From: Moniliella sp. 'wahieum' | Lineage: Eukaryota | Assembly (NCBI GenBank): GCA_003971905.1 | Contig: RSEE01000008.1 | Location: 1 to 64,000, forward strand | Direction of reading: 5' to 3' | Length of the DNA: 64,000 bases | Shown: one piece after another, positions 39,301-52,879 of the stretch | How positions within the stretch are numbered: the stretch's first letter is position 1 | Layout of the letters: every line of letters begins with the position of its first letter | Made by a program: the position numbers and the translations under genes | The notes under the pieces: generated by a model | Database searches by the model: none | The model's input: only the letters and a program-made list of their open reading frames with translations | Told to the model about the DNA's origin: nothing

Positions 39301-39895
39301 ATGGCGGGCAGTAACCTCCGGATCCAAAAGCGCCTCGCCGCCAGCGTGCTTGGCGTGGGCAAGCGCAAGGTCTGGCTCGACCCTGCTGAGCAGAGCGAGA
39401 TTGCCAACGCCAACAGCCGTGCCAACATCCGCAAGCTTGTTGCCGAGGGCCAGATCCTCAAGCAGCCTGATGTGGGCCAGTCCAAGGGCCGTGCCCGTGC
39501 TCTGCACGCTGCTAAGCGTCTTGGTCGCCACACCCGGCCACGGTAAGCGCTTCGGTACGGCCGAGGCTCGCATGCCCACTAAGATCCTCTGGATGCGGCG
39601 CCAGCGTGTCCTCCGCCGCTTGCTGCGCAAGTATCGTGAGGCTGGCAAGATCGACAAGCACCTCTACCACGAACTCTACCTCAAGAGCAAGGGTAACGTG
39701 TTCAAGAACAAGCGTGTCCTGATCGAGCACATCCACAAGGCCAAGGCCGAGAAGGCCCGCTCTAAGCACCTTGCTGACCAGATGGAGGCCCGTCGTGCCC
39801 GCAACAAGGCCATGCGTGAGCGGAGGGCGCAGCGCATTGCTGAGAAGCGTGCTGCGGTCATCGCTGTGGAGCAAGAGGAGGAGAGCAAGAACTAA
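39301..39895 (+). CDS. RPL19: 60S ribosomal protein L19 (eL19)
   Basis: [24 protein letters not shown]...[40 protein letters not shown]; intronless; one frameshift near 39537. Confidence 0.97.
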
Positions 39896-41521
39896 TTTTC
39901 TCTCCAATCTTCGTCGCCTTCTGCTGGATACGGCAGCCTCCGCAACTAAGGCGACGGTCGAGTTTTTGCTTTGCCGTTTTCGTCATAGTCTGCTTTGCTA
40001 CTTTGTCTGGCAGCGTTGGCGTTTCTATGCCCCATGCCTACCTTTCTCGGGGGTTATATCGCGCCATGCGTGGATCGCTCCACGCATAAGCAGTAACCCT
40101 CAAAAAGCCTGGTCTTTTCTCTATGAACCCAGGGTGGAATGCCATCACTCCCAAGCCTTGCATTGTTTCGCAGGTAGTATATACATGCTTTACACACACG
40201 ACGCAGGACATCGGCACACTCGGATAGGGCCAACGTAGTGCATTGTTGTGTTTGCAGTGCCCCAGTAGTTGCCAAACAGCATGTGTCAGTTCAGGAGTAC
40301 AGTTTGTACTTGCAGTGACCATCTGTCCACAGTCCATATTAAAGTCTTGTGCGACTGACTTTTTTTAGTTCTTGCCAAGCTTGAGCCAATCGCTCTGGCA
40401 CCAACCTGACTGGGTCTGAGATGGTCAATTCAGCCTCCACGGCAGCTTGGCATCGCAGGGCACACAGATCTGCGTGAACCGCTATAGCCCTGGACCCACG
40501 TTAACTTTGAGAGTTTCGTATATATGCTCAGCGCTCAGCACTATACGTTTAGTGTGAGCGTCTTGCCTGCTCGGCTTCGAGACTGCAGCGGCATGAGCGG
40601 CATTATGGACTTTGGCCTCGGCTTGCACTTCCGACCACATACCACGGTCGAGCTCTAGTACACCAGCTGTGTCGGGTCATCTGCATGGGTTCCACGCCCT
40701 TTTCAGTTCCTGATGAGGCGATGAAGTTGAGAATGTAAGCCATACGGGGACGATGACAACGAAGTCAGCAAAGTAGCACTGGGAACAATGTACTTGGAGC
40801 ACGGGGGATTCTTTGCGGGTGTCGCGAAGTCATATTAATACCGACTGTACTACGGGGCTCAGCTGTTCGTTGCGCATCGCATGTTCATGGTATGTGCCAT
40901 AGCGGTTGTATTATGCAAAACGCTGGGTAGACCAGAAGTGAGAGTCGTCCAGTGTTGATCAACGAGATCAACACACAGCTCCCAGCACTTTGTGTGCTCC
41001 TAAATTCCGCAAGGGCCCCGGCATGAAACCTGCCTAGCGGGCTTTTGCCAGAAGCGGCCTGACGCGAGAGAAGCTTGACAATCCCAATATGAGAGTCTTT
41101 AAACAGTCCAGGGCCCCGCTTGAACTGTGACAGTTGTCAACTGGGTGGACGCACCAACGATGTTGCTGCCTCTCGGAGGGCAAACTGGGGAGAAGTGGGT
41201 TGCGACTGGAGAGGAGACCGGTGACCGGTAATTGTGCATGGTGACCGGTGATGCGTGTATGATGGAGGGGACGTGATCGGCCCGTGACGAAGTACGTCCA
41301 GAAGAGCTCAATAAACCGAGATTTGAACAAATGCAACCTGGGGGCGTCTCACGCGTGGTCGTTACCGAACCCGCGTCGCGCTTGCCTATACGCGCGCACG
41401 CGTTTCTCTTCGCGTCTATGCGATTTCGCGTACGGGGCAAAGAGAGAAAAAGGGACAGTGCGTGTGCTTGTGCCTGTTTCCGTAGCCCCACCACCCTCCA
41501 CTCGTCCCAGCGTTAGTGACA

Positions 41522-42187
41522 ATGCCAATCACTACGACTACTACTTCGCCCACCAAGCGGGCTGCCGAAACCAGCGAAGAGGCTCCCCAGAAGGTGGTGA
41601 GAGTGGATGAGCCAGTGGGTACACTGCAGGTGCAGCTCGACCCTGCCCACCCCAACGCCAAGCTGCCAACCCGGGGCAGCGCCCTGGCCGCTGGGCTGGA
41701 CCTATACTCGGACAAGGCGGTCATCGCCCCCTGGTCTCGTGCTGTTGTGCAGACGGGCATTCGCATCGCCATTCCGCCGGGGTGCTACGGCCGTGTGCTC
41801 CGCGCTCGGGTCTTGCCGTCAAGCACGGCATCGACACGGGTGCCGGCGTTGTTGACGCTGACTACCGCGGATTGTTGGGTGTTGTGCTATTTAACCTGAG
41901 CCCCGATGCCTTTGAGAGTAAGTTTTGGGCTCCATTCTTTGTCTTGCTCACACTCTGACCCCTCGCCTCGCTCTCACAGTCAATGTTGGGGACCGCATCG
42001 CCCAGCTCGTCTTGGAGCGTATTCACTTGGCCGAGGTCACGCAAGTCGAAGTAAGTCCTCAATCTTGGATGCTCAGCACAAGTACGTTCTAGCTGACTTT
42101 TTCTTTCTGTATCCTTTGCAGTCCCTCGACGAGACAGCCCGCGGTGCTGGTGGGTTTGGTTCCACAGGCGGCTTCAACGGAAAGTAA
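41522..42187 (+). CDS. DUT1: dUTP pyrophosphatase (dUTPase)
   Basis: [20 protein letters not shown](AP)[40 protein letters not shown]. Introns 41918-41979 and 42051-42121; frameshift ~41800. Confidence 0.95.
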
Positions 42188-43181
42188 ACATATGTCTACA
42201 TGAGGGGGGCAACTCTTTGCGCTTGACCGATTGCGTTTAACGATCTCTCCCCAATTGGACAAATACGTCCGACTCGGACGATACTTCCCAGCTTGACACA
42301 CGGATCAGCAGTGAAAGGCCGCGCTTCTGTGCGAGTTATGTAGAAGGTTAGCATGCCGTACAAAGGACGATTCCGACCGGGCTTCATAACAACCTGAGAT
42401 ATAGCCTGCAACTGTCTTTGCCCCCTTTCCTGTGGCCAACAACATAGTTGCCAGGAAGCCGGGGGGGGGCAGGGGGTCGGGAAGAGTGAGGTACGATACC
42501 CAATGCGGACTGGGGTGCCAGTCAAATACGGATCAGATCGTATGTCCACTCTGCAACCCGGCTAGGAGGGGACAACAACTGGTCGATCGAAAGATATCCA
42601 GTACCAGTCGGATTGGTATATAGCGAATTGTACTAACATCGGTGTTTCTCCTTTCAACCCAGTCTATTGCTTACCCGAAATGTCCTAGATTTCTCCCATG
42701 AGTTCCATTGCGGTCTCACCCTATAGCCCAATGGCTCAGGCGTCGCTACAGACATAGCAGCATGATGGTGGGGTGGTGGGGGGGGGGGGTAGCGTCAGCT
42801 CGTTCTTGATCGACGCAAGAGATCTAAATTTGCGGTGCCGGCACTCCTATAGTCATTTCTAACTGTGTACTAGTAGCGCAACAAGAGGTGGTTCCGGAGA
42901 TCGACCGGTTGGCAGCCTGAAGGCGCGTTAAAGGGAGGCAGGCGGGGTGGCATCCCTCTGCATCCGCACGACGGCAGCCGGGCTACTGCTGCCGTAATTG
43001 ATAATTGAAACTGTGCCGCCTTGCCGTGCTGATCTAGATTAACGCCGGATTAAGCCCCAACCCCGATCCTTGCCGAATTCGTTCAGCGCACAACCATCAG
43101 CTGCGCGGACATTGAGCTGCACTGCTCTTACCGCTCCTCGCCCTCCCCGCCTTTCCCTGCTCCGTGTGCTGGCCACCCATC

Positions 43182-45051
43182 ATGACACCTCCCACCCCAG
43201 TTCCTGCCGCCCTCCAGGCGCAGCTCAAGGACCCGCAGGCTGCCCGCCCTTGTCACTCGCAGGCGGCACCCTCGTTGCCCTGAGCCGGCAGCAAATGCCT
43301 TCTCTTCTTTTGAGCCTCAGTTGCAGGAGTCGCTCCATCTCACGTCGACCCAGATCAACATAATTGGCCTTGCAGGCAACATGGGTGTTTATCTCTCGGG
43401 GCCCCTCTGGGGCACCTGGGTCGACCAGCACGGCCCCCGCCTCGCCCTCTTGTTGGCTGCCAGCCTCATTGCCCTGGGTTACGGTGGCTTGTCTTTCTTT
43501 GCTCCCAATGGCCCACACAGTGATTCAGGCTCTTCGGCGCTGCAAGAGCCTCCCGAGACGGCCTCGCTTACCGTTCTCGCCCCTCTCTTCTTTGCTCTGG
43601 CGACTGGAGTGGCCAACTCGGGCGCCTTGGCAGCAAGTATGAACGCTCAGGCCAAGTCATGGGGTGGGAACCGCCGGGGAACCGCCACAGGTATTGTGCT
43701 TGCTGGCTTTGGGCTGAGTGCGGCCTTCTACTCGACCTTGAGCTCCACATTCTTTGCCGACAGCCCACGCAACTATCTTCGTTCTATCGCTACCATCTCT
43801 TTCTTGGCTTTTGTTTCTGGCACATTTGTCATTCGCATCCTGCCCCCCATCCATCGGCACGCGCACCACCATCACCGTCCTACTCTCGCCCACTCAACAT
43901 GGGCTTCAAGCGGGCGATCACGCCTCAACTTTGCCGGCTCGCGTGCGCACCTTATCGGCCGCTCAATCCCGCTCTCGTTCGCGGTCTCTCTCGCGGCCTT
44001 ATACGCGCCGCCGTACCACATCTGAAGTGAGCGCGTTGCCCTGGTCTGGGACCTCGGTAGCATCAGGGGCCAATTCATCTTCCGATTCCGAGGAAGAGAG
44101 GGTACTACGCTTGCGGCCGACGTTGAAGCAATCGGAGGTTATGGCGCGGTGGGGGACCGGTCTAGGACACAGACTCCCTCCCTGGGTCAGCTGGCCCATA
44201 GCCTGCCTAGCGGTGAAGCACTGCCTGATCCGCAGTCCTTGGATATTACCGGGGGGCCTGCTGCGTGACTATGACTTTTGGCTGCTCTTTGCGCTCATGG
44301 CTATCGTATCGGGCGCTGGACTGCTGCTGATCAACAACGTCGGAACCATCACTCGTACTCTCTACCGATCGGGCCTCAAGCACCCCAAGTCACTCTTCGC
44401 CGAGACAGAGTGGGCGGTGCCTTTGGCGCAGGATGCGGTGGCGGCCTTGACTGGCGCGTATGTTCCACTAAAGGGGGGGAAGAAAAAGCAAGCTGAGCGA
44501 GCCGCCGAAGTGCATCGGCTGCAAGCTCAGCAAGTAAGTGCCATTCGCTTGGTAATGCAGTGGGGCGGATTGCAATCGGTGTGCTGGCCGATTTTGCTGT
44601 GAGCCTGGTGGGAGGACAAGAAGAAATTCGAGTCTGGCTTCTGGCCCCCGTTTGCGCTATGGCAGTCGCCTCGCAACTGTTTGCGGCCTACCCAGGCGCG
44701 GTTGCTACCGTTCCGGCTCTTTTGATCCTCAGCAGCTCCACGGGAGTGATGTATGGTACGCTGTTTGGTATTTGCCCCTCGCTCAACCTTGAGTTTTTTG
44801 GCCTGGCCAACTTTAGTGCCAATTGGGGCATCCTTTCTCTTGCCCCCGTTGTGGCCGGCAACACATTTAACCTGATCTTTGGCTCGGTGTACGATTCGCA
44901 CGTACGCCAAACTCCCGGCGCCCACGAGTGTCTGCAGGGGGAAGAATGCTACCGCTCCACCTTTGTCATTACGGCCTACTGCGCCATTGCCGCTTGCGGT
45001 CTGGCTGCTGGACTGATCTGGCGCCGGGGACGCTTTACGTTGTCCTCGTGA
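43182..45051 (+). CDS. MFS transporter, Mch1/nodulin-like family
   Basis: QINIIGLAGNMGVYLSGPLWGTWVD, RGTATGIVLAGFGLSA, GAGLLLINNVGTI, FGLANFSANWG, CLQGEECY; many TM segments; several frameshifts. Confidence 0.85.
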
Positions 45052-45613
45052 AGGAGTCAGACAAATGAACCACTCCCTCCCCCAATCCACTCCTGCGACC
45101 GTTTCCCATCATCTTCTCTGACCCGCTATCTCCAACTATTGGAACATTTTGCCTTTTGTGTCCTCTTCGTCTTGCCTCTGCTCGCAGGCCTTCAAGTGTA
45201 ATGAGCCCCTTTTATCTGCTTTGGACGTGCACACCTCCAGCCCACTAGCGAACGCATGACCCCCAAACGGGGGAGGGCATCGCCGTGCTGGGGATAGGGA
45301 TTCTGGTGGGGGCATGGTATCAGTGGGGCAGACGTGCTGGTACGTGTGCGTAGGCTTATCGGCAGGGAGACAGATGCATGTCGCAAGGGTGGGGCAAACT
45401 GCGGCAAGCGACCATGGCGTGCCAGCGCTGACATAAGATGGGCGCTGCCGCCCATTCACGCACAGGGGCGGTGCGGATGGGAGAGTGGGTGGGGCGGCGG
45501 GCGGCGCAGTGCGGGGGAACAGGAGACGTGGGGCTAATAAGTTTGTGGATCCTCCTGGGCCGCCCAACACCACCGCCATCGCCATCCCCCCCAGCGCCTG
45601 TGCGGCATCCAGC

Positions 45614-48600
45614 CATGGCCCAGGCCCTACGCCCCGCGTCGCCATCGCCATCGCCCGCGCCCCCACCCCGCACACACGACCCCGCCGCCCTCCCGGCCCC
45701 CCGCCTTACGAGTCGGACCTGGGCATCGACCTGACGTCCCTGCAGACCGAGCTGGCACGCCATGCCAAGCTTGCCAACCGTGCATCACGCGCCCCCTCCC
45801 GCCTTGGCTCGGCTCCAATGGAGGATGACGCCATCCACTTCCCTACCGCGCTCAGGGCTCCGCCCCCGGCTCGTAGCACGTCGGCATCGCACCCATCCAG
45901 CCCACCTCTGTCTTCCACCGACTCCAGCTCGGACACAGGTTCGGACACGGAAACTGAAGGCGACTCGGACGCATACGAACATCTGCCGCGCTACGAGCTA
46001 CAGGCCATGCTCCGAGAGGCTAAGCGCATGATCAAGCAGCGCGAGCGCGACCTCGAACTAGCAGCTCGCGTGGGTACCGCACTGGTCAATCGCAATTTGA
46101 GTTTAACCAAGCATTCCAACCACTCCCGCACCTCCTCCACCACCAGTCGCGGCCATCACTCTGTGTTGCAGGGGTCCCCACAGCGCCCGTATACCCATTC
46201 TCATACCCATTCTCATTCCCGCTTCCACCCCCATTCACACTCCCACTCCCACTCCCATTCCCGCACCCACTCTTCTGCCCATACCCGTACCCTCAGTGAC
46301 GTGCTCAGCGACCAGCCGTCGCCGCTCCCCAGCCCGGCATTTACCTCAGCATCGGGTCATGACCACCGCCTGCGCCACACATCCTCCTTGTCCGTTGATT
46401 CGACCAACTCAATGGACCTTCATACCCACGACTACTTTGGATCACTCGGCCGGTCTCCCCTCGCCAGGGATGGTCATGGACCTGGCGGCCACCACAGCCG
46501 AAGTGTATCGGATATGAGCAGTGCCTTCTCCGAGCACAGTTCTGCTATGTGGCCCAATCTGGGTGACGACACCTTAGTGGCGCTATCCCCCAACCTGATA
46601 CGGGACCCAATGGCCACCATGCCCCCGTCTGCCCGGCTCAAGTTTGACGACGACGAAGTAACGCGGGCTCATGCCCGCGAGGCGGAGACGCAACGCCGAT
46701 TGGCATCGTTGACGGAAGAAAATTCGATCTTGCTCGAGCACTTAACTCAGCTTCAAACGAAACCGAACGCAATCATCGGGACGGAGGGCGTAAGCTTCGT
46801 TCATTGGATCACGAACTGCAAGAGCTGCGAGACGAGTTGGATGCCGTCATGGAACGCAATGCCGAGCTCGAGCTACAGACCAAGACCCAACAGACTTCCT
46901 TTGACCTGCATTCCCCCAATACCCCTGACCGTTCTGGGTCCGCTGAGCATCATCATGGGTGGTACCACCGAACTCTTATGTGGTCTTGACTCGCTGCACG
47001 ACCTGCAAGGCGTGCTCCCCTTGGCCCGCACTCCACCCAAGAACAAAATGCACCCGTGAGCCCCTCCACCACCACCACCTCCGCTCTTGATGGGACGAAG
47101 ATTTGACCATGGTCGCGCCAATGACGATCCTGTTACTATGCCCCGGCACCCTGTCCACGAACAACGGCCGAGAAGAGCATGTCGAGTGATGATATGGGCC
47201 ATGGCGAGGCTGGCATGAGCAGTGTAGCCGTGGAGCTTCACAATGCTGCCCTTCGCAAGTTCGCTTCGGGCGGGGCCATTCGCGTCACACTTCCCATGCA
47301 TCACACGCTTCCTACGCATCGCATACATCGCATACATCGGCACAGAGCGAGGCACGGGCCAACCAAGAGGAAATGGACCAGCTCGTCAAGCGTCTCTTGG
47401 CCAAGATTGAGGAGCTGGGAGAAGACCAATCTGGAAATGACCCGAGCCGGATATGCTATGGACGGTCGCCTGGGTCAAGCTATTGAGGACAACGAACGGT
47501 TAAGGGATGCGTACCAAGCCATTGAAGGTGGTAGTGGATCGCTCGATTCCAGTCATACCAGTCATACCAGTATAACAAGCCCTCTACCGCAGACACCGCG
47601 TTCTTACAAGCCCAGCGAGCGCGGGGTTGGCAATCGGTATGCCATTACAGCGCAACGATTGGTCAACGATGTGATCCAGACCGAACTTGATCCTTCTTCC
47701 CCCGAAGCCGAGAGGGAGAGCGAAAGGGCATCATCCGAAGCGGACACGGAGGTGGCGGTGCAATCGCCGTTGCAGTTCGTTCGGACAGGGGGGGGGGAGA
47801 CCATACGATGGAGGTGATGGACATGTTGCGTGAGATCGATGAGCTCCGCCTGGGTCCCGAGGAGGGGGATAATGACGAGTATACTTGGACCCAGGCCGAT
47901 GAGTTGCAAGCGGAAAGGAGGACGACATTGCCTTGGTTGCAGCTGGTGACGGCGGTACTCATCCGACCACAGTGGAAGATGCGGAAGACGAGGACGATGT
48001 TCATCCTGAACATGCGGAAGCACGACTTCGTTTTTCCTCGGCCAAGACCTGGAGGGCACAAATCACGATGACGAGCACGTGTTGCCCTTGGGTGCTCTGC
48101 GTAAGCCGACGGTAGGAACGACAGCCGGATGGGTATGACTTGATCAGCGAAGCGACCAAACGCTGCCCCTTATTATGGGCTGATGACGAGGACTACGGTA
48201 AACCCATCACGTTGCAGCAAGCGGCCGAATACGGACTGATTGACCGCCGTAGCGCTCGGGGCCTAGTGGGAACGGATGGATGATCTTTGTTGCGCTGCGT
48301 CGGGCTTTGGGCCGTTGCCTACACTGAACGCAAGAGGGTCACTTCCATCAAGCCTACTACTGACCTAGGCCGTGCCTTGGCCCTCACTCCCAATCCACCG
48401 CATCTTCGCATCCAGAGCGCTGACCAACTCGAGGCCGAGGCCGAGTTGCACCGCCTCCTCCACATGCGTCGCCTGGAATTTGAGAAAGCGGTTCGCCGCA
48501 TGCGCCGTCGCTCCTCTTCGTCCGTCGCTGCACCCTCTACCTCGGGAGCAAACACGCGGAGTTCAACGGTGACCTCCCCCTCGACGGTTTCCGTGTCGCA

Positions 48601-49117
48601 GGGCTGTCCAACTCCCTTTCGCTCCAGACTTCCCCTACGTACGACCGGGGTAAGGGGAAGGCCAGGGAGTTGCCTTCCCCCCTTGGAATGGTGTCGCGCG
48701 CAAGCACGCGGTGGGATGTCCCGATTGAAGTATCGGATTTACCCGATTACCGTGGGCGTCCCAACACGTCCTTGTCCTACGCCAGCACCGAGTGGCTGAT
48801 TGACGAAGCGACCGACCGCATGTATGTTAAAATGCCCAAGCCCAAGTCGAGGCAGGTGACCCATACCAAGAAGCTGCCCACACCGTTGAGCCCCTTGGCC
48901 GCGACGGACATAAAAGCGAAAAGTCACTTTTGTTCCAAGCTGTGTCGGAGCCGCAGACGGTGGTTGCGAATGCTAAGCCAAGGTGGATGCCGTTTCCAAT
49001 GAAGTGGCTACGATGGTGTCGACGTGGGCCACCTTTACCTCCATCATTGTCTGCGCTGGGGTGTACATGCTATCGTACGTCCCCCTTCCCTCTTTTACCT
49101 CAACAGATAGATAACTG
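45614..49117 (+). CDS. Large coiled-coil/low-complexity hypothetical protein (boundaries uncertain)
   Basis: Chain of coding-like, frameshift-joined ORFs with coiled-coil segments (IKQRERDLELAARVGTALVNRN; LASLTEENSILLEHL; LDHELQELRDELDAVMERNAELEL) and a His-Ser tract. Confidence 0.55.
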
Positions 49118-50786
49118 ACCGGATGATATTCGCTTGTCACCAAAGGCATGGCCCCGTCGGTGCTTAACACTGCGCCAGAACCCGATACCCAGTCAGTCAT
49201 CTCCACTTTGACTCACAAAGCTACTGATTAGCTTTGCATCTGCATCGTTTGTTTGTTTTACGATGCTGTCCCCGCGTTTTTTTCTTTTCTTTTGCTGTTT
49301 TGCTTGTCTCCTTTCACTCTGGTTCCTCGCTGTTCTCCTTGACGTTTCGCCACTCCGTCCCGGATGTCTTTTTCCTTATTTGTCCTCCTGTGACATGTGA
49401 CATGTGATGGCGACCCCATCTCCCTCGTTCCTTTCGGTTTCCAGGCTTCTTCCTACGCATGTGGTCGCCGCTGTGGACGATTTGAACCTGGCTTTTTTCT
49501 TTTTCTTTTTTCCCCTTTGCCGGGCACATAAGTCGAGACTACTACGAGTACCAACCCTCTCCTGTGGGTTTTTGTCTTCTTGCTCCCCATACACATTCCC
49601 CCTTGTTCTTCTTTTGGCAATACCCTCCTGATACTACCCCTCCCTCCTCCGCTCTGCTTCTACCCCTGGATGACTCCTTTGCCCCCCATTTCCTTTTTTA
49701 CGATCGCTCTGTTGAGTACGCGCTGCACGACCTCTCCCACTTGCCCTTGTCTGAACCCATTCCATTCCATCCCATCCGAGCTCTTTTCTGCCCTGTCCTC
49801 CCATCCTCGAGATACAGCATCGGGCGCAAGCTAGTGGTTCGATCGGAGGAACAGCTTGGGCTCATGGAATGGACAATGGAGAATGGACCTTGGAATCAAG
49901 GCGGAATCGATTTGATGATTTTGAAGCTTGTGAGCGCTGAGTCTGGTCAGCTTGATGCTTGTGATGTTTGTGAAGCTTGGACCAAGTTCCGAGACGCCTC
50001 GGAACTGGGACAAGATCTAAGGTCTAGGATCTTTTGGCAACCCCGAGGCGATGCAATGATTACGCTGATACAACGCTGGAATTTGGAAGAGTTCGTATAA
50101 GATGGCGGCCGGGATGGCCAAAAGGTAGTAGTAGAGCATAGGTAATGGAGTAGGAGTACAAGTAGGAGTGGGGGAGGCGTGGTTTCTCTCTTCAATTAAG
50201 CTTCATCGGCACCAGCCAGCATCAGCACCAGATTCACTGGCCGGTCTCCTGAGGCCTGACCGATCAAGTCGATCAAGTTGATCCGTCAAGATCAAATTCG
50301 ACCCCTGCCCACACCCGAGCAGTTTGTCCAAGCCGAAGCGTCACTTCTGACATCGAAAGGCTGACGGCTGACGTGACGGCTGCTGGTGCGCGAAGCAACC
50401 CCCATTTGGGCGATACCTGAGCTAGCTATACCCAAGTCTAGTAACTGCTGGGGTACTCAGACTGAGTACTGGTACTGACCTCCCCCATCCCGTTGGATGG
50501 GCAGCCCAAGGGTGCGTACGAGATGGTACGGCACGGTACGGTGGAGGTGGAGGTGGACCTATACTGCGCCTGCATGTTGGATCGATAGAAATCCAATCCA
50601 TAACCAAACCCGTGGTACCACTGCAGGCAGGCGATCGCTCCTACCCGAGTACTGAGTTCAGTACAGAGGAGACAGACACAGTCCGGAAACAACACAGCAG
50701 ACACAAAACGGAATACAAGAAAGGTCGCCTCCTCCCGCCAGCCGCGTCGCACAGCACTTCCCAACCAAGTGACACAGGTGCAGGCA

Positions 50787-50866
50787 CAGGCACATAGACA
50801 CATAGGCGCATAGGCACATAGGCACATAGGCACATAGGCGCATAGGCACATAGGCACATAGGCATA
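50787..50866 (+). repeat. Octamer tandem repeat (GGCACATA)n, ~10 units
   Basis: Seen directly, with GGCGCATA and GACACATA variants. Confidence 0.9.
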
Positions 50867-50928
50867 TGGGCACATCCGCCCATACACATCCGCCCACGCC
50901 CATCTGCCCTGGGCTCGAGGCTAATTAA

Positions 50929-52374
50929 TCATTGCTGGAACGGCTGAGGCTTGTTCCAGGACAAGTGCTTGGGGTCGCCCAAGCGTTTGGGGCTGAACAA
51001 TTGCAGAAGCGTAATGATCAGGGCGATGGCAAAGCAAAATGCCGCGACGGAGAACATGGCAATTCCCAAAAAGTGGTTGCGGCCTCCGGTCCAGTTGGCC
51101 GTAGAGATGACAAAGCTCTTGGTTCCCTTGAAGCGCGCGACGGGGTAATTGTCCTCGACTTGGACACGGTACATGCCCGCGGTGAGGTCCTGATCGTCAT
51201 TGCGCATATACAGTTTGCGCAGCACGGGCAGCCCGGCCGTGCGCATCCACACAGCAAAGTGCTCGTTGCCCTCGGGATTAAAGAAATTGGTCTCATTGTA
51301 CATGCCCAACGGAATCCCAAATCGGCCCTTGGCACCTTGCCAATTCGGAGGCGGCGCCACATCATCGTACCGGTACTTGGACCGAATGTACTTCTTCATC
51401 TCGCCGGACCAGACAATGCCCTTCTCACTCATGGGGTACGTTGTCACCCCCACGTCCGTCCCGTCGCCAGACAGGCGCTGAATCGGGTAAAACGTGTCTA
51501 CAATACAGGGTTAGCCCAGGCGCAACAGAAGCAAATGGAAAAACAGAGAAGGCGCAAACGAAGAGAAGAGAAGAGAAAACGAACCATTAAACACGCTGTT
51601 GGGGATCAAACCACAGGGGTAGATGGGCACTTCGATCGTGCTCCCATTGGGATAGGTGCGGTAAAAGTTATGGACAGGCTTGCAGGTCTGCTTCTTGAGC
51701 TTGTGAACCGAACGGCGGTGACCAAGAAGCTGATCGTAATCCATCGAGCGCAGGTAACGCCGGTGGGCTTGGTAATAGTTGGTCAATTTGTAGTAGAAAA
51801 ACACAGACTTTTCATGTCGAGCGGGACATAAAAGTCCACCTGGCACACTTTGTCATTGGGTGCGCTCGGGCTGTCAACCCAGGACCATTGCGGGGCAGGC
51901 CACGAGGAAGAAGCATTGGGAGCCCTGTCGGCATCGACACGGTACTCGTACTTGGGCATCGGTTCGGGAGTTGCACTTTGACGGAAACAGTCCGTGTAGT
52001 CAAACGTCAACTCGTTGACTTTTTGGCTGTCGACATAGAGCACCGCCCCGAGCGGCGCAAGCAGGACAGCAGCAAAGAAGAAGATGCAGATGGCGAGATT
52101 GGGGGTGAAGATGGGCTCCCATCCAGGGAGACGCTGTTGGCGCAGGCGCGAGTCTAGGCAGGCGGACGCGGGGGTTGGGAGGGACGTGGGGGCGGGGAGC
52201 ACGTGGTCAGCAGCAGTACGTAGCAGCGCTTGGACATGTACATGGGCAGGAGGGACATCACGTACCGAGTGGAGGCTTTTCGAGGAAGCTTTTAGACTTC
52301 TGCTTGCTGGCGGAGGTGGCGGAGCGATTGGACTGGGAGTCGTCGTCCTTGGGCTTGCGCTTGAAGAGAGCCAT
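50929..52374 (-). CDS. CDC50: Cdc50/Lem3 family P4-ATPase (flippase) beta subunit
   Basis: RQQRLPGWEPIFTP, FFYYKLTNYYQAHRRYLRS, IYPCGLIPNSVFND, EHFAVWMRTAGLP, GGRNHFLGIA; two introns; one frameshift. Confidence 0.93.
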
Positions 52375-52879
52375 GGGGGGCAAGGGGGGCCAGGGCTGCC
52401 GCAACGGCGATGGAGGGGTGGGGGAGATGGAGAGGGGGACGCCGAGGGGAGGCAGATGGAGGGAGATGGAGGCAGGGAGGAGGCAGGTGGCAGCGGGGCA
52501 AGAACCGGAGCAGGGCGTGGCAAAAATGCGCAGCCGCCCAGCGCTTCAAGAGCAGCTTGACCAATCAATCCGTCCAGCCCGTCCCGTCCGACCGCATCCC
52601 ATCCCATCTACTGGCTGGCCCGTCACGCGTCACATGTCACGCCACGGCGCTACCCACGCGCGCGGCCTCCCGGCGCACCGCGGAGACGGCAGTGCTTAGG
52701 TCATCCCAACACTGACCCCGTACCGCCGCGCACAGCGGCTCCGGCTACGTACCCCTCTGAGATCTGACCCATCCACTATCCCCACCATCACGTGACCCTC
52801 TTCTAGCGCTCACCTGGGCGCCTGGTTGCGTCTGTGCTTCTGCAGCCTCTAAGATCTAACCCCCCCTCCCTCCATCCCC

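Noticed and set aside
39535..39546. Programmed frameshift or pseudogene in RPL19
   Set aside because: No slippery heptamer; similar indels affect most genes, so assembly error is more likely.
50438..50903. Cys-rich metallothionein-like ORFs (CAYVPMCL repeats)
   Set aside because: Produced by the (GGCACATA)n octamer repeat in all three frames.
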